64,000 nt of DNA from Eledone cirrhosa (lineage: Eukaryota). Positions 25,201 through 37,329 of this stretch are shown here, in pieces (position 1 is the first letter of the stretch; each line of letters starts with the position of its first letter). Location of the stretch: positions 27,962,001 to 28,026,000 of the forward strand of contig OZ024744.1 of assembly GCA_964016885.1 (NCBI GenBank), in the 5' to 3' direction. Under the pieces are notes generated by a model. That model worked only from the letters and a program-made list of their open reading frames with translations, made no database searches and was not told the origin of the DNA. The position numbers and the translations under genes are program-made.

Positions 25201-28200
25201 TGTTGTCGCTGTTATCACTGTTATTGTCCCTGTTGTTGTTGTCGCTGTTATAACTGTTATTGTCACTATTGCTTTTGTTGTCGCTCTTATAACTCTTATT
25301 GTCATTGTTGTTGTTGTTCTCGCTGCTATCCCTGTTATTGTCATTGTTGTTGTTGTTGTACTCGCTGTTATCACTGTTATTGTCATTGTTGTTGTTGTTG
25401 TCGCTGTTATCACTGTTATTGTCACTGTTTTTTTGTTGTCGCTATTATCACTGTTATTGTCACTGTTGTTTTTGTTGTTGTCGCTGTTATCACTGTTATT
25501 TTCATTGTTTTTATTGTTGTTCTCGCTACTATCCCTGTTATTGTCATTGTTGTTGTTGTTGTACTCGCTGTTATCACTGTTATTGTCATTGTTGTTCTTG
25601 TTCTCGCTGTTATCACTGTCGTCGTCACTGTTGTTGTTGTTGTCGCTGTTATAACTGTTACTGTGACTGTTGTTGTTGTTGTTGTTGTTGTCGCTGTTAT
25701 AACTGTTATTGTCATGGTTGTTGTTGTCGCTGTTATCACTGTTATTGACACTGTTGTTGCTGTTGTTCTCGCTGTTATCACTGTTATTGTCACTGTTGTT
25801 GTTGTTCTCGCTGTTACCACTGTTATTGTCAATGTTGTTGTTGTTGTTGTCGCTGTTATAACTGTTATTGTCTCTGTTGATGTTGTTGTTGTCGCTGTTA
25901 TAACTGTTATTGTCATTGTTGTTGTTGTCGCTGTTATCACTGTTATTGTCACTGTTGTTGTTCTCGCTGTTATAACTGTTATTCTCACTGTTGTTGTTCT
26001 CGCTGTTATCAATGGTATTGTCACTGTTGTTGTTTTTATTGTCGCTGTTAGAACTGTTATTGTCACTGTTGTTATTGTTGTTGTCGCTGTTATAACTGTT
26101 ATTGTCACTGTTGCTGTTGTTGTTGTCGCTGTTATCACTCTTATTGTCATTGTTGTTGTCGCTGTTATCACTGTTATTGTCACTGTTGTTGTTCTCGCTG
26201 TTATAACTGTTATTCTCACTGTTGTTGTTCTGGCTGTTATCACTGGTATTGACACTGTTGTTGTTTTTATTGTCGCTGTTAGAACTGTTATTGTCACTGT
26301 TGTTATTGTTGTTGTCGCTGTTATAACTGTTATTGTCACTGTTGTTGTTGTTGTTCTCGCTGTTATCACTGTTATTGTCATTGTTGTTGTTGTCGCTGTT
26401 ATCACTGTTATTTTCATTGTTGTTGTTGTCGCTGTTATCACTGTTATTGTCACTGTTGTTGTTGTTCTCGCTGTTATCACTGTTATTGTCACTGTTGTTG
26501 TTCTTCTCGCTGTTATCACTGTTATTGTCATTGTTGTTGTTGTTGTGTTCGCTGTTATAACTGTTATTGTCGTTGTTGTTGTTGTTGTTGTCGCTGTTAT
26601 CACTGTTATTGTCACTGTTGTTGTTGTCGCTGGTATAACTGTTATTGTCACTGTTGTTTTTGGTGTTGTCGCTGTTATCACTGTTATTGTCACTGTTGTT
26701 GTTGTCGCTGTTATAACTGTTATTGTCACTGTTGTTGTTGTTGTCACTGTTATCACTGTTATTGTCACTGTTGTTGTTGTTCCCGCTGTTATCACTGTTA
26801 TTGTCATTGTTGTTGTTGTCGCTGTTATCACTGTTATTGTCACTGTTGCTGTTGTTGTCGTTGTTATCTCTGTTATTGTCATTGTTGTTGTCGCTGTTAT
26901 AACTGTTATTGTCATTGTTGTTGTTGTTGCTGTTGTTGCTGTTATAACTGTTACTGTCATTGTTGTTGTTGTCGCTGGTATCACTGTTATTTTCATTGTT
27001 GTTGTCGCTGTTATCACTGTTATTGTCACTGTTGTTGTTGTTGTCGCTGTTATCACTGTTATTGTCACTGTTGTTGTTGTTGTTGTCACTGTTATAAATG
27101 TTATTGTCACTGTTGTCGTTGCTGTCGCTGTTATCACTGTTATTGTCACTGTTGTTGTTGTTGTTGTCGCTGTCATAACTGTTCTTTTCACTGTTGTTGT
27201 TGTTGTTCTCGCTGTTATCACTGTTATTGTCACTGTTGTTGTCGCTGTTATCACTGTTATTGTCACTGTTGTTATTGTTGTTGTTGCTGTTATCACGTTT
27301 ATTGTCACTGTTGTAGTTGTTGTCGCTGTTATAACTGTTATTGTCACTGTTGTTGTTGTTGCTGTCGCTGTTATCACTGTTATTGTCATTGTTGTTGTTG
27401 TTGTGGCTGTTATCACTGTTATTGTCACTGTTGTTGTCGCTGTTATCACTGTTATTGTCATTGTTGTTGTTGTCGCTGTTATCACTGTTATTGTCACTGT
27501 TGTTGTTGTTCTCGCTGTTATCTCTGTTATTGTCACTGTTGTTGTTCTTCTCGCTGTTATCACTGTTATTGTCATTGTTGTTGTTGTTGTTGTGTTCGCT
27601 GTTATAACTGTTATTGTCATTGTTGTTGTTGTTGTCGCTGTTATCATTGTTATTGTCATTGTCGTTGTTGTCGCTTTTATAACTGTTATTGTCATTATTG
27701 TTGTTGATGTCGCTGTTATAACTGTTATTGTCACTGTTGTTGTTGTTGCTGTCGGTGTTATAACTGTTATTGTCACTGTTGTTATTGTTGTTGTCGCTGT
27801 TATAACTGTTATTGTGACTGTTGTTGTTTGTCTCGCTGTTATCACTGTTATTGTCATTGTTGTTGTTGTCGCGGTTATCACTCTTATTGTCACTGTTGTT
27901 GTTGTTCTCGCTGTTATCACTGTTATTGTCACTGTTGTTGTTCTTCTCGCTGTTATCACTGTTATTGTCATTGTTGTTGTTGTTGTGTTCGCTGTTATAA
28001 ATTTTATTGTCATTGTTGTTGTTGTTGTCGCTGTTATCACTGTTATTTTCACTGTTGTTGTTGTCGCTGTTATAACTGTTATTGTCACTGTTGTTGTTGT
28101 CACTGCTATCACTGTTATTGTCACTGTTGTTGTTCTCGCTGTTATCACTGTTATTGTGATTGTTGTTGTTGTCGCTGTTATCACTGTTATTGACACTGTT

Positions 28201-31200
28201 GCTGTTGTTGTCGCTGTTATCTCTGTTATTGTCATTGTTGTTGTCGCTGTTATAACTGTTATTGTCATTGTTGTTGTTGTTGTTGCTGTTATAACTGTTA
28301 CTGTCATTGTTGTTGTTGTTGTCGCTGTAATCACTGTTATTTTCATTGTTGTTGTTGTCGCTGTTATCACTGTTATTGTCACTGTTGCTGTTGTTGTCGA
28401 TTTTATCACTGTTATTGTCACTGTTGTTGTTGTTGTCACTGTTATAAATGTTATTGTCACTGTTGTCGTTGTTGTCGCTGTTATCACTGTTATTGTCACT
28501 GTTGTTGTTGTTGTTGTCGCTGTCATAACTGTTCTTTTCACTGTTGTTGTTGTTGTTCTTCTCGCTGTTATAACTGTTATTGTCACTGTTGTTGTCGCTG
28601 TTATCACTGTTATTGTCATTGTAGTTGTTGTTGCTGTCGGTGTCATAACTCTTATTAGTTACTGTTGTTGTTGTTGTTGTTCTCGCTGTTACCACTGATA
28701 TTGTCAATGTTGTTGTTGTTGTCGCTGTTATAACTGTTATTGTCACTGTTGTTGTTGTTGTTGTCGCTGTTATAACTCTTATTGTCACTGTTGTTGTTGT
28801 TGTTGTTGTTGTCGTTGTTATCACTGTTATTGTCATTATTGTTATTGTCGCTGTTATCACTGTTATTGTCATTGTTGTTGTTGTTGTCGCTGTTATCACT
28901 GTTATTGTCACTGTTGTTGTTGTTGTCGCTTCTATAACTGTTATTGTCACTATTGCTGTTGTTGTTGCCGCTGTTATCACTCTTATTGTCATTGTTGTTG
29001 TCGCTGTTATCACTGTTATTGTCACTGTTGTTGTTCTCGCTGTTATAACTGTTATTCTCACTGTTGTTGTTCTGGCTGTTATCACTGGTATTGACACTGT
29101 TGTTGTTTTTATTGTCGCTGTTAGAACTGTTATTGTCACTGTTGTTATTGTTGTTCTCGCTGTTATCACTGTTATTGTCATTGTTGTTGTTGTCGCTGTT
29201 ATCACTGTTATTGTCATTGTTGTTGTTGTCGCTGTTATCACTGTTATTGTCACTGTTGTTGTTGTTCTCGCTGTTATCACTGTTATTGTCACTGTTGTTG
29301 TTCTTCTCGCTGTTATCACTGTTATTGTCATTGTTGTTGTTGTTGTGTTCGCTGTTATAACTGTTATTGTCGTTGTTGTTGTTGTTGTTGTCGCTGTTAT
29401 CACTGTTATTGTCACTGTTGTTTTTGGTGTTGTCGCTGTTATCACTGCTATTGTCACTGTTGTTGTTGTCGCTGTTATAACTGTTATTGTCACTGTTGTT
29501 GTTGTTGTCACTGTTATCACTGTTATTGTCACTGTTGTTGTTGTTCCCGCTGTTATCACTGTTATTGTCATTGTTGTTGTTGTCGCTGTTATCACTGTTA
29601 TTGTTACTATTGCTGTTGTTGTCGTTGTTATCTCTGTTATTGTCATTGTTGTTGTCGCTGTTATAACTGTTATTGTCATTGTTGTTGTTGTTGCTGTTAT
29701 AACTGTTACTGTCATTGTTGTTGTTGTCGCTGGTATCACTGTCATTTTCATTGTTGTTGTTGTCGCTGTTATCACTGTTATTGTCACTGTTGTTGTTGTC
29801 GCTGTAATCACTGTTATTGTCACTGTTGTTGTTGTTGTTGTCGCTGTCATAACTGTTCTTTTCACTGTTGTTGTTGTTGTTCTCGCTGTTATCACTGTTA
29901 TTGTCACTGTTGTTGTCGCTGTTATCACTGTTATTGTCACTGTTGTTATTGTTGTTGTTGCTGTTATCACTGTTATTGTCACTGTTGTAGTTGTTGTCGC
30001 TGTTATAACTGTTATTGTCACTGTTGTTGTTGTTGCTGTCGCTGTTATCACTGTTATTGTCATTGTTGTTGTTGTTGTGGCTGTTATCACTGTTATTGTC
30101 ACTGTTGTTGTCGCTGTTATCACTGTTATTTTCATTGTTGTTGTTGTTGTTCTCTCTGTTATCACTGTTATTGTCACTGTTATTGTCACTGTTGTTGTTG
30201 TTCTCGCTGTTATAACTGTTATTGTGACTGTTGTTGTTGTCGCTGTTATAACTGTTATTGTCATTGTTGTTGTTGTTTTCGCTGTTATCACTGTTATTAA
30301 CACTGTTGTTGTTGTTGTTCTCGCTGTTATCACTGTTATTGTCACTGTTGTTGTTGTTGTCGCTGTTATAACTGTTATTGTCACTGTTGTTGTTGCTGTT
30401 GTCGCTGTCATAACTCTTATTGTCACTGTTGTTGTTGTCGTTGTTATCACTGTTATTGTCATTAATGTTGTTCTCGCTGTTATCACTGGTATTGACACTG
30501 TTGTTGTTGTTGTTGTTGTCGCTGTTATAACTGTTATTGTCTCTGTTGATGTTGTTGTTGTCGCTGTTATAACTGTTATTGTCACTGTTGTTGTCGCTAT
30601 TATAACTCTTATTGTCACTGTTGTTGTTGTTGTCGTCGTTGTTATCACTGTTATTGTCATTATTGTTGTTGTCGCTGTTATTACTGTTATTGTCATTGTT
30701 GTTGTTGTTGTCGCTGTTATCACTGTTATTGTCGCTGTTGTTGTTGTCGCTGTTATAACTGTTATTGTCACTATTGCTTTTGTTGTCGCTCTTATCACTC
30801 TTATTGTCATAGTTGTTGTTGTTCTCGCTGCTATCCCTGTTATTGTCATTGTTGTTGTTGTTGTACTCGCTGTTATCACTGTTATTGTCATTGTTGTTGT
30901 TGTTGTCGCTGTTATCACTGTTATTGTCACTGTTTTTGTTGTTGTCGCTATTATCACTGTTATTATCACTGTTGTTTTTGTTGTTGTCGCTGTTATCACT
31001 GTTATTTTCATTGTTTTTGTTGTTGTTCTCGCATTTATGACTGTTATTGTCAGTGTTGTTGTTGTTCTCGCTGTTATCACTGTTGTCATCACTGTTGTTG
31101 TTGTCGTTGTTATAACTGTTATTGTGACTGTTGTTGTTGTTGTTGTCGCTGTTATAACTGTTATTGTCATTGTTGTTGTTGTCGCTGTTATCACTGTTAT

Positions 31201-34200
31201 TGACACTGTTCTTGTTGTTGTTGTCGCTGTTATAACTCTTATTGTCACTGTTGTTGTTGTTGTTGTTGTCGTTGTTATCACTGTTATTGTCATTATTGTT
31301 ATTGTCGCTGATATCACTGTTATTGTCATTGTTGTTGTTGTTGTTGTCGCTGTTATCGCTTTTATTGTCACTGTTTTTGTTGTTGTCGCTTCTAGAACTG
31401 TTATTTTCACTATTGCTGTTGTTGTCGCTGTTATCACTGTTATTGTCACTGTTGTTGTTCTCGCTGTTATAACTGTTATTCTCACTGTTGTTGTTTTTAT
31501 TGTCGCTGTTATAACTGTTATTGTCACTGTTGTTATTGTTGTTGTCGCTGTTATAACTGTTATTGTCACTGTTGTTGTTGTTGTTCTCGCTGTTATCACT
31601 GTTATTGTCATTGTTGTTGTTGTGTTCGCTGTTATAACTGTTATTGTCATTGTTGTTGTTGTTGTTGTCGCTGTTATCACTGTTATTGTCACTGTTTGTT
31701 GTTGTCGCTGGTATAACTGTTATTGTCACTGTTGTTTTTGTTGTTGTCGCGGTTATCACTGTTATTGTCACTGTTGTTGTTGTCGCTGGTATAACTTTTA
31801 TTGTCATTGTTGTTGTTGTTGTCACTGTTATCACTGTTATTGTCACTGTTGTTGTTGTCGCTGTTATCTCTGTTATTGTCATTGTTGTTGTCGCTGTTAT
31901 AACTGTTATTGTCACTGTTGTTGTTGTTGCTGTCGCTGTTATCACTGTTATTGTCATTGTTGCTGTTGTACTCGCTGTTATCACTGTTATTGTTGTTGTT
32001 GGTGTGGCTGTTATTGTCACTGTTGTTGTTGTTCTCGCTGTAATAACTGTTATTGTGACTGTTGTTGTTGTCGCTGTTATAACTGTTATTGTCATTGTTG
32101 TTGTTGTCGCTGTTATAACTGTTATTGTCTCTCTTGATGTTGTTGTTGTCGCTGTTATAACTGTTATTGTCACTGTTGTTGTTGTCGCTGTTATAACTCT
32201 TATTGTCACTGTTGTTGTTGTTGTCGTTGTTGTTATCACTGTTATTGTCATTATTGTTGTTGTCGCTGTTATCACTGTTATTGTCATTGTTGTTGTTGTT
32301 GTCCCTGTTATCACTGTTATTGTCCCTGTTGTTGTTGTCGCTGTTATAACTGTTATTGTCACTATTGCTTTTGTTGTTGTCGCTCTTATCACTCTTATTG
32401 TCATTGTTGTTGTTGTTCTCGCTGCTATCCCTGTTATTGTCATTGTTGTTGTTGTTGTACTCGCTGTTATCACTGTTATTGTCATTGTTGTTGTTGTTGT
32501 CGCTGTTATCACTGTTATTGTCACTGTTTTTGTTGTTGTCGCTATTACCACTGTTATTGTCACTGTTGTTTTTTTTTGTCGTCGCTGTTATCACTGTCGT
32601 CGTCACTGTGGTCGTTGTTGTCGCTGTTATAACTGTTATTGTGACTGTTGTTGTTGTTGTTGTTGTCGCTGTTATAACTGTTATTGTCATTGTTGTTGTT
32701 GTCGCTTTTATCACTGTTATTGAAACTGTTGTTGCTGTTGTTCTCGCTGTTATCACTGTTATTGTCACTGTTGTTGTTGTTGTTCTCGCTGTTACCACTG
32801 TTATAGTCAATGTTGTTGTTGTTGTCGCTGTTATAACTGTTATTGTCACTGTTGTTGTTGTTGTCGCTGTTATAACTCTTATTGTCACTGTTGTTGTTGT
32901 TGTTGTTGTCGTTGTTATCACTGTTATTGTCATTATTGTTGTTGTCGCTGTTATCACTGTTATTGTCACTGTTGTTGTTCTCGCTGTTATAACTGTTATT
33001 CTCACTGTTGTTGTTCTCGCTGTTATCACTGGTATTGACACTGTTGTTGTTTTTATTGTGGCTGTTAGAACTGTTATTGTCACTGTTGTTGTTGTCGCTG
33101 GTATAACTGTTATTGTCACTGTTGTTTTTGTTGTTGTCGCTGTTATCACTGTTATTGTCACTGTTGTTGTTGTCGCTGTTATAACTGTTATTGTCACTGT
33201 TGTTGTTGTTGTCACTGTTATCACTGTTATTGTCACTGTTGTCGTTGTTCTCGCTGTTATCACTGTTATTTTCATTGTTGTTGTTGTCGCTGTTATCACT
33301 GTTATTGTCACTGTTGCTGTTGTTGTCGCTGTTATCTCTGTTATTGTCATTGTTGTTGTCGCTGTTATAAATGTTATTGTCATTGTTGTTGTTGTTGTTG
33401 CTGTTATAACTGTTACTGTCATTGTTGTTGTTGTTGTCGCTGTTATCACTGTTATTTTCATTGTTGTTGTTGTCGCTGTTATCACTGTTATTGTCACTCT
33501 TGTTGTTGTTGTTGTCGCTGTTATCACTGTTATTGTCACTGTTGTTGTTGTTGTCACTGTTGTCGTTGTTGTCGCTGTTATCAGTTATTGTCACTGTTGT
33601 TGTTGTTGTTGTCTCTGTCAGAACTGTTCTTTTCACTGTTGTTGTTGTTGCTCTCGCGGTTATCACTGTTATTGTCACTGTTGTTGTCGCTGTTATCACT
33701 GTTATTGTTGTTGTTATCACTGTTATTGTCACTGTTGTAGTTGTTGTCGCTGTTATACCTGTTATTGTCACTCTTGTTGTTGTTGCTGTCGCTGTTATCA
33801 CTGTTATTGTCATTGTTTTTGTTGTTGTGGCTGTTATCACTGTTATTGTCACTGTTGTTGTCGCTGTTATCACTGTTATTTTCATTGTTGTTGTTGTTGT
33901 TCTCTCTGGTATCACTGTTATTGTCACTGTTATTGTCACTGTTGTTGTTGTTCTCGCTGTTATCACTGTTATTGTCACTGTTGTTGTTGTTGTCGCTGTT
34001 ATATCCGTTATTGTCACTGTTGTTGTTGTTGTTGTTGCTGTTATAACTGTTACTGTCATTGTTGTTGTTGTTGTCGCTGTTATCTCTGTTATTGTCATTG
34101 TTGTTGTCGCTGTTATAACTGTTATTGTCATTGTTGTTGTTGTTGTTGTTGCTGTTATAACTGTTACTGTCATTGTTGTTGTTGTCGCTGTTATCACTGT

Positions 34201-36584
34201 TATTTTCATTGTTGTTGTTGTCGCTGTTATCACTGTTATTGTCACTATTATTGTTGTTGTCACTGTTATAACTGTTCTTTTCACTGTTGTTGTTGGTGTT
34301 CTCGCTGTTATCACTGTTATTGTCACTGTTGTTGTCGCTGTTATCACTGTTATTGTCACTGTTGTTATTGTTGTTGTTGCTGTTATCACTGTTATTGTCA
34401 CTGTTGTAGTTGTTGTCGCTGTTATAACTGTTATTGTCACTGTTGTTGTTGTTGCTGTCGCTGTTATCACTGTTATTGTCATTGTTGTTGTTGTGGCTGT
34501 TATCACTGTTATTGTCACTGTTGTTGTCGCTGTTATCACTGTTATTTTCATTGTTGTTGTTGTTGTTCTCTCTGTTATAACTGTTATTGTGACTGTTGTT
34601 GTTGTCGCTGTTATCACTGTTATTAACACTGTTGTTGTTGTTGTTCTCGCTGTTATCACTGTTATTGTCACTGTTGTTGTTGTTGTCGCTGTTATAACTG
34701 TTATTGTGACTGTTGTTGTTGTCGCTGTTATAACTGTTATTGTCATTGTTGTTGTTGTTGTCGCTGTTATCACTGTTATTAACACTGTTGTTGTTGTTGT
34801 TCTCGCTGTTATCACTGTTATTGTCACTGTTGTTGTTGTTCTCGCTGTTATCACTGTTATTGTCATTGTTGTTGTTGTCGCTGTTATCACTGTTATTGTT
34901 ATTGTTGTTGTTGTCGCTGTTATCACTGTTATTGTCACTGTTGTTGTTGTTCTCGCTGTTATCACTGTTATTGTCACTGTTGTTGTTCTTCTCGCTGTTA
35001 TCACTGTTATTGTCATTGTTGTTGTTGTTGTGTTCGCTGTCATAACTGTTATTGTCATTGTTGTTGTTGTTGTTGTTGTTGTCGCTGTTATCACTGTTAT
35101 TGTCACTGTTGTTGTTGTCGCTGGTATAACTGTTATTGTCACTGTTGTTTTTGTTGTTGTCGCTGTTATCACTGTTATTGTCACTGTTGTTGATGTTGTC
35201 ACTGTTATCACTGTTATTGTCACTGTTGTTGTTGTTCTCGCTGTTATCACTGTTATTTTCATTGTTGTTGTCGCTGTTATCACTGTTATTGTCACTGTTG
35301 CTGTTGTTGTCGCTGTTATCTCTGTTATTGTCATTGTTGTTGTCGCTGTTATAAATGTTATTGTCATTGTTGTTGTTGTTGTTGCTGTTATAACTGTTAC
35401 TGTCATTGTTGTTGTTGTTGTCGCTGTTATCACTGTTATTTTCATTGTTGTTGTTGTCGCTGTTATCACTGTTATTGTCACTGTTGTTGTTGTCACTGTT
35501 ATAAATGTTATTGTCACTGTTGTCGTTGTTGTCGCTGTTATCACTGTTATTGTCACTGTTGTTGTTGTCTCTGTCATAACTGTTATTTTCACTGTTGTTG
35601 TTGTTGTTGTTCTCGCTGTTATCACTGTTATTGTCACTGTTGTTGTTGTTCTCGCTGTTATCACTGTTATTGTCACTGTTGTTGTTGTCGCTGTTATATC
35701 CGTTATTGTCACTGTTGTTGTTGTTGTTGTTGCTGTTATAACTGTTACTGTCATTGTTGTTGTTGTTGTCGCTGTTATCTCTGTTATTGTCATTGTTGTT
35801 GTCGCTGTTATAACTGTTATTGTCATTGTTGTTGTTGTTGTTGTTGCTGTTATAACTGTTACTGTCATTGTTGTTGTTGTCGCTGTTATCACTGTTATTT
35901 TCATTATTGTTGTTGTCGCTGTTATCACTGTTATTGTCACTATTGTTGTTGTTGTTGTTGCTGTTATCACTGTTATTGTCACTGTTGTAGTTGTTGTCGC
36001 TGTTATAACTGTTATTGTCACTGTTGTTGTTGTTGCTGTCGCTGTTATCACTGTTATTGTCATTGTTGTTGTTGTTGTGGCTGTTATCACTGTTATTGTC
36101 ACTGTTGTTGTCGCTGTTATCACTGTTATTTTCATTGTTGTTGTTGTTGTTCTCTCTGTTATCACTGTTATTGTCACTGTTGTTGTTGTTCTCGCTGTTA
36201 TAACTGTTATTGTGACTGTTGTTGTTGCTGTTATAACTGTTATTGTCATTGTTGTTGTTGTTGTCGCTGTTATCACTGTTATTAACACTGTTGTTGTTGT
36301 TGTTCTCGCTGTTATCACTGTTATTGTCACTGTTGTTGTTGTTGACGCTGTTATAACTGTTATTGTCACTGTTATTGTTGCTGTTGTCGCTGTCATAACT
36401 CTTATTGTCACTGTTGTTGTTGTCGTCGTTATCACTGTTATTGTCATTATTGTTGTTCTCGCTGTTATCACTGGTATTGATACTGTTGTTGTTGTTGTTG
36501 TCGCTGTTATAACTGTTATTGTCTCTGTTGATGTTGTTGTTGTCGCTGTTATAACTGTTATTGTCACTGTTGTTGTTGTCGCTA

Positions 36585-36600
36585 TTATAAATCTAACAGT
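36585..36600. other. Orientation-switch junction between the two satellite arms
   Basis: The sequence reads ...gtcgctattataa-atc-taacagtgataacagcg... The + strand changes abruptly from T/G-rich to A/C-rich, with at most 3 unassigned bases (36591-36593). Confidence 0.95.
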
Positions 36601-36737
36601 GATAACAGCGACAACGACAACAACAACAGTGACAATTACAGTGATAACAGCGAGAACAACAACAACAACAGTGACAATAACAGTGATAAGAGCGAGAGCA
36701 ACAACAACAACAACAACAGTGACAATAACAACAACAA

Positions 36738-36908
36738 TGACAATAACAGTGATAACAGCGACAACAACAACAACAACATCAATGACAATAACAGTGATAA
36801 AAGCGACAACAACAACAACAGTGACAATAACAGTGATAACAGCGACAACAACAACAACAACATCAATGACAATAACAGTGATAAAAGCGACAACAACAAC
36901 AACAGTGA
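36738..36908 (+). repeat. 84-bp two-monomer tandem duplication next to the junction
   Basis: The variant atcaatgacaataacagtgataaaagcgac occurs at 36778 and 36862. Confidence 0.8.
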
Positions 36909-37329
36909 CAATAACAGTGATCACAGCGACAATAACAACAACAATGACAATACCAGTGATAACAGCGACACGAACAACAACAACAATGACAATAACAGTG
37001 ATAACAGCGACAACCGCAACAACAACAGTGACAATAACAGTGATAACAGAGACAACAACAACAACAGTCACAATAACAGTGATAACAGCGATAACAACAA
37101 CAACAACAACAGTGACCATAACAGCGATAACAGCGACAACAACAACAATGACAATAACAGTGATAACAGCGACAACCGCAACAACAACAGTGACAATAAC
37201 AGTGATAACAGCGACAACAGCAGTGACAATAACAGTGATAACAGCCAGAACAACAACAACAACAGTGACAATAACAGTGATAACAGCGACAACAACAAGA
37301 TTGACAATAACAGTGATAACAGCGACAAC

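Larger units (their letters stand above)
1..36590 (-). repeat. Satellite array, left arm: 27-bp core plus variable (AAC)n tail, read on + as (GTT)n GTC GCT GTT ATC ACT GTT ATT GTC AYT; truncated by the window start
   Basis: Uninterrupted tandem monomers, e.g. gtcgctgttatcactgttattgtcactgttgttgtt at 302-337. Recurrent variants are ATC/ATA, GTC/CTC and ACT/ATT. Strand is assigned with the AAC-rich strand as canonical. Confidence 0.98.

Noticed and set aside
25428-25434. T7 run (and T9 at 32569-32577) as a terminator or programmed frameshift site
   Set aside because: There is no GC-rich hairpin and no gene context. These are single-copy indels in the gtttttgtt variant and may be homopolymer sequencing errors.
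23146-31692. Thr-rich mucin-like ORFs (TVTITVITA repeats)
   Set aside because: This is another frame of the same repeat. It has no signal peptide, Pro-rich pattern or flanking domains, and its ends coincide with incidental indels or point stops.
36585-36600. Transposon terminal inverted repeats, Foldback element or a replication-origin skew switch
   Set aside because: No transposase, internal unique region, element ends or target-site duplication is visible. The skew flip is fully explained by repeat orientation.
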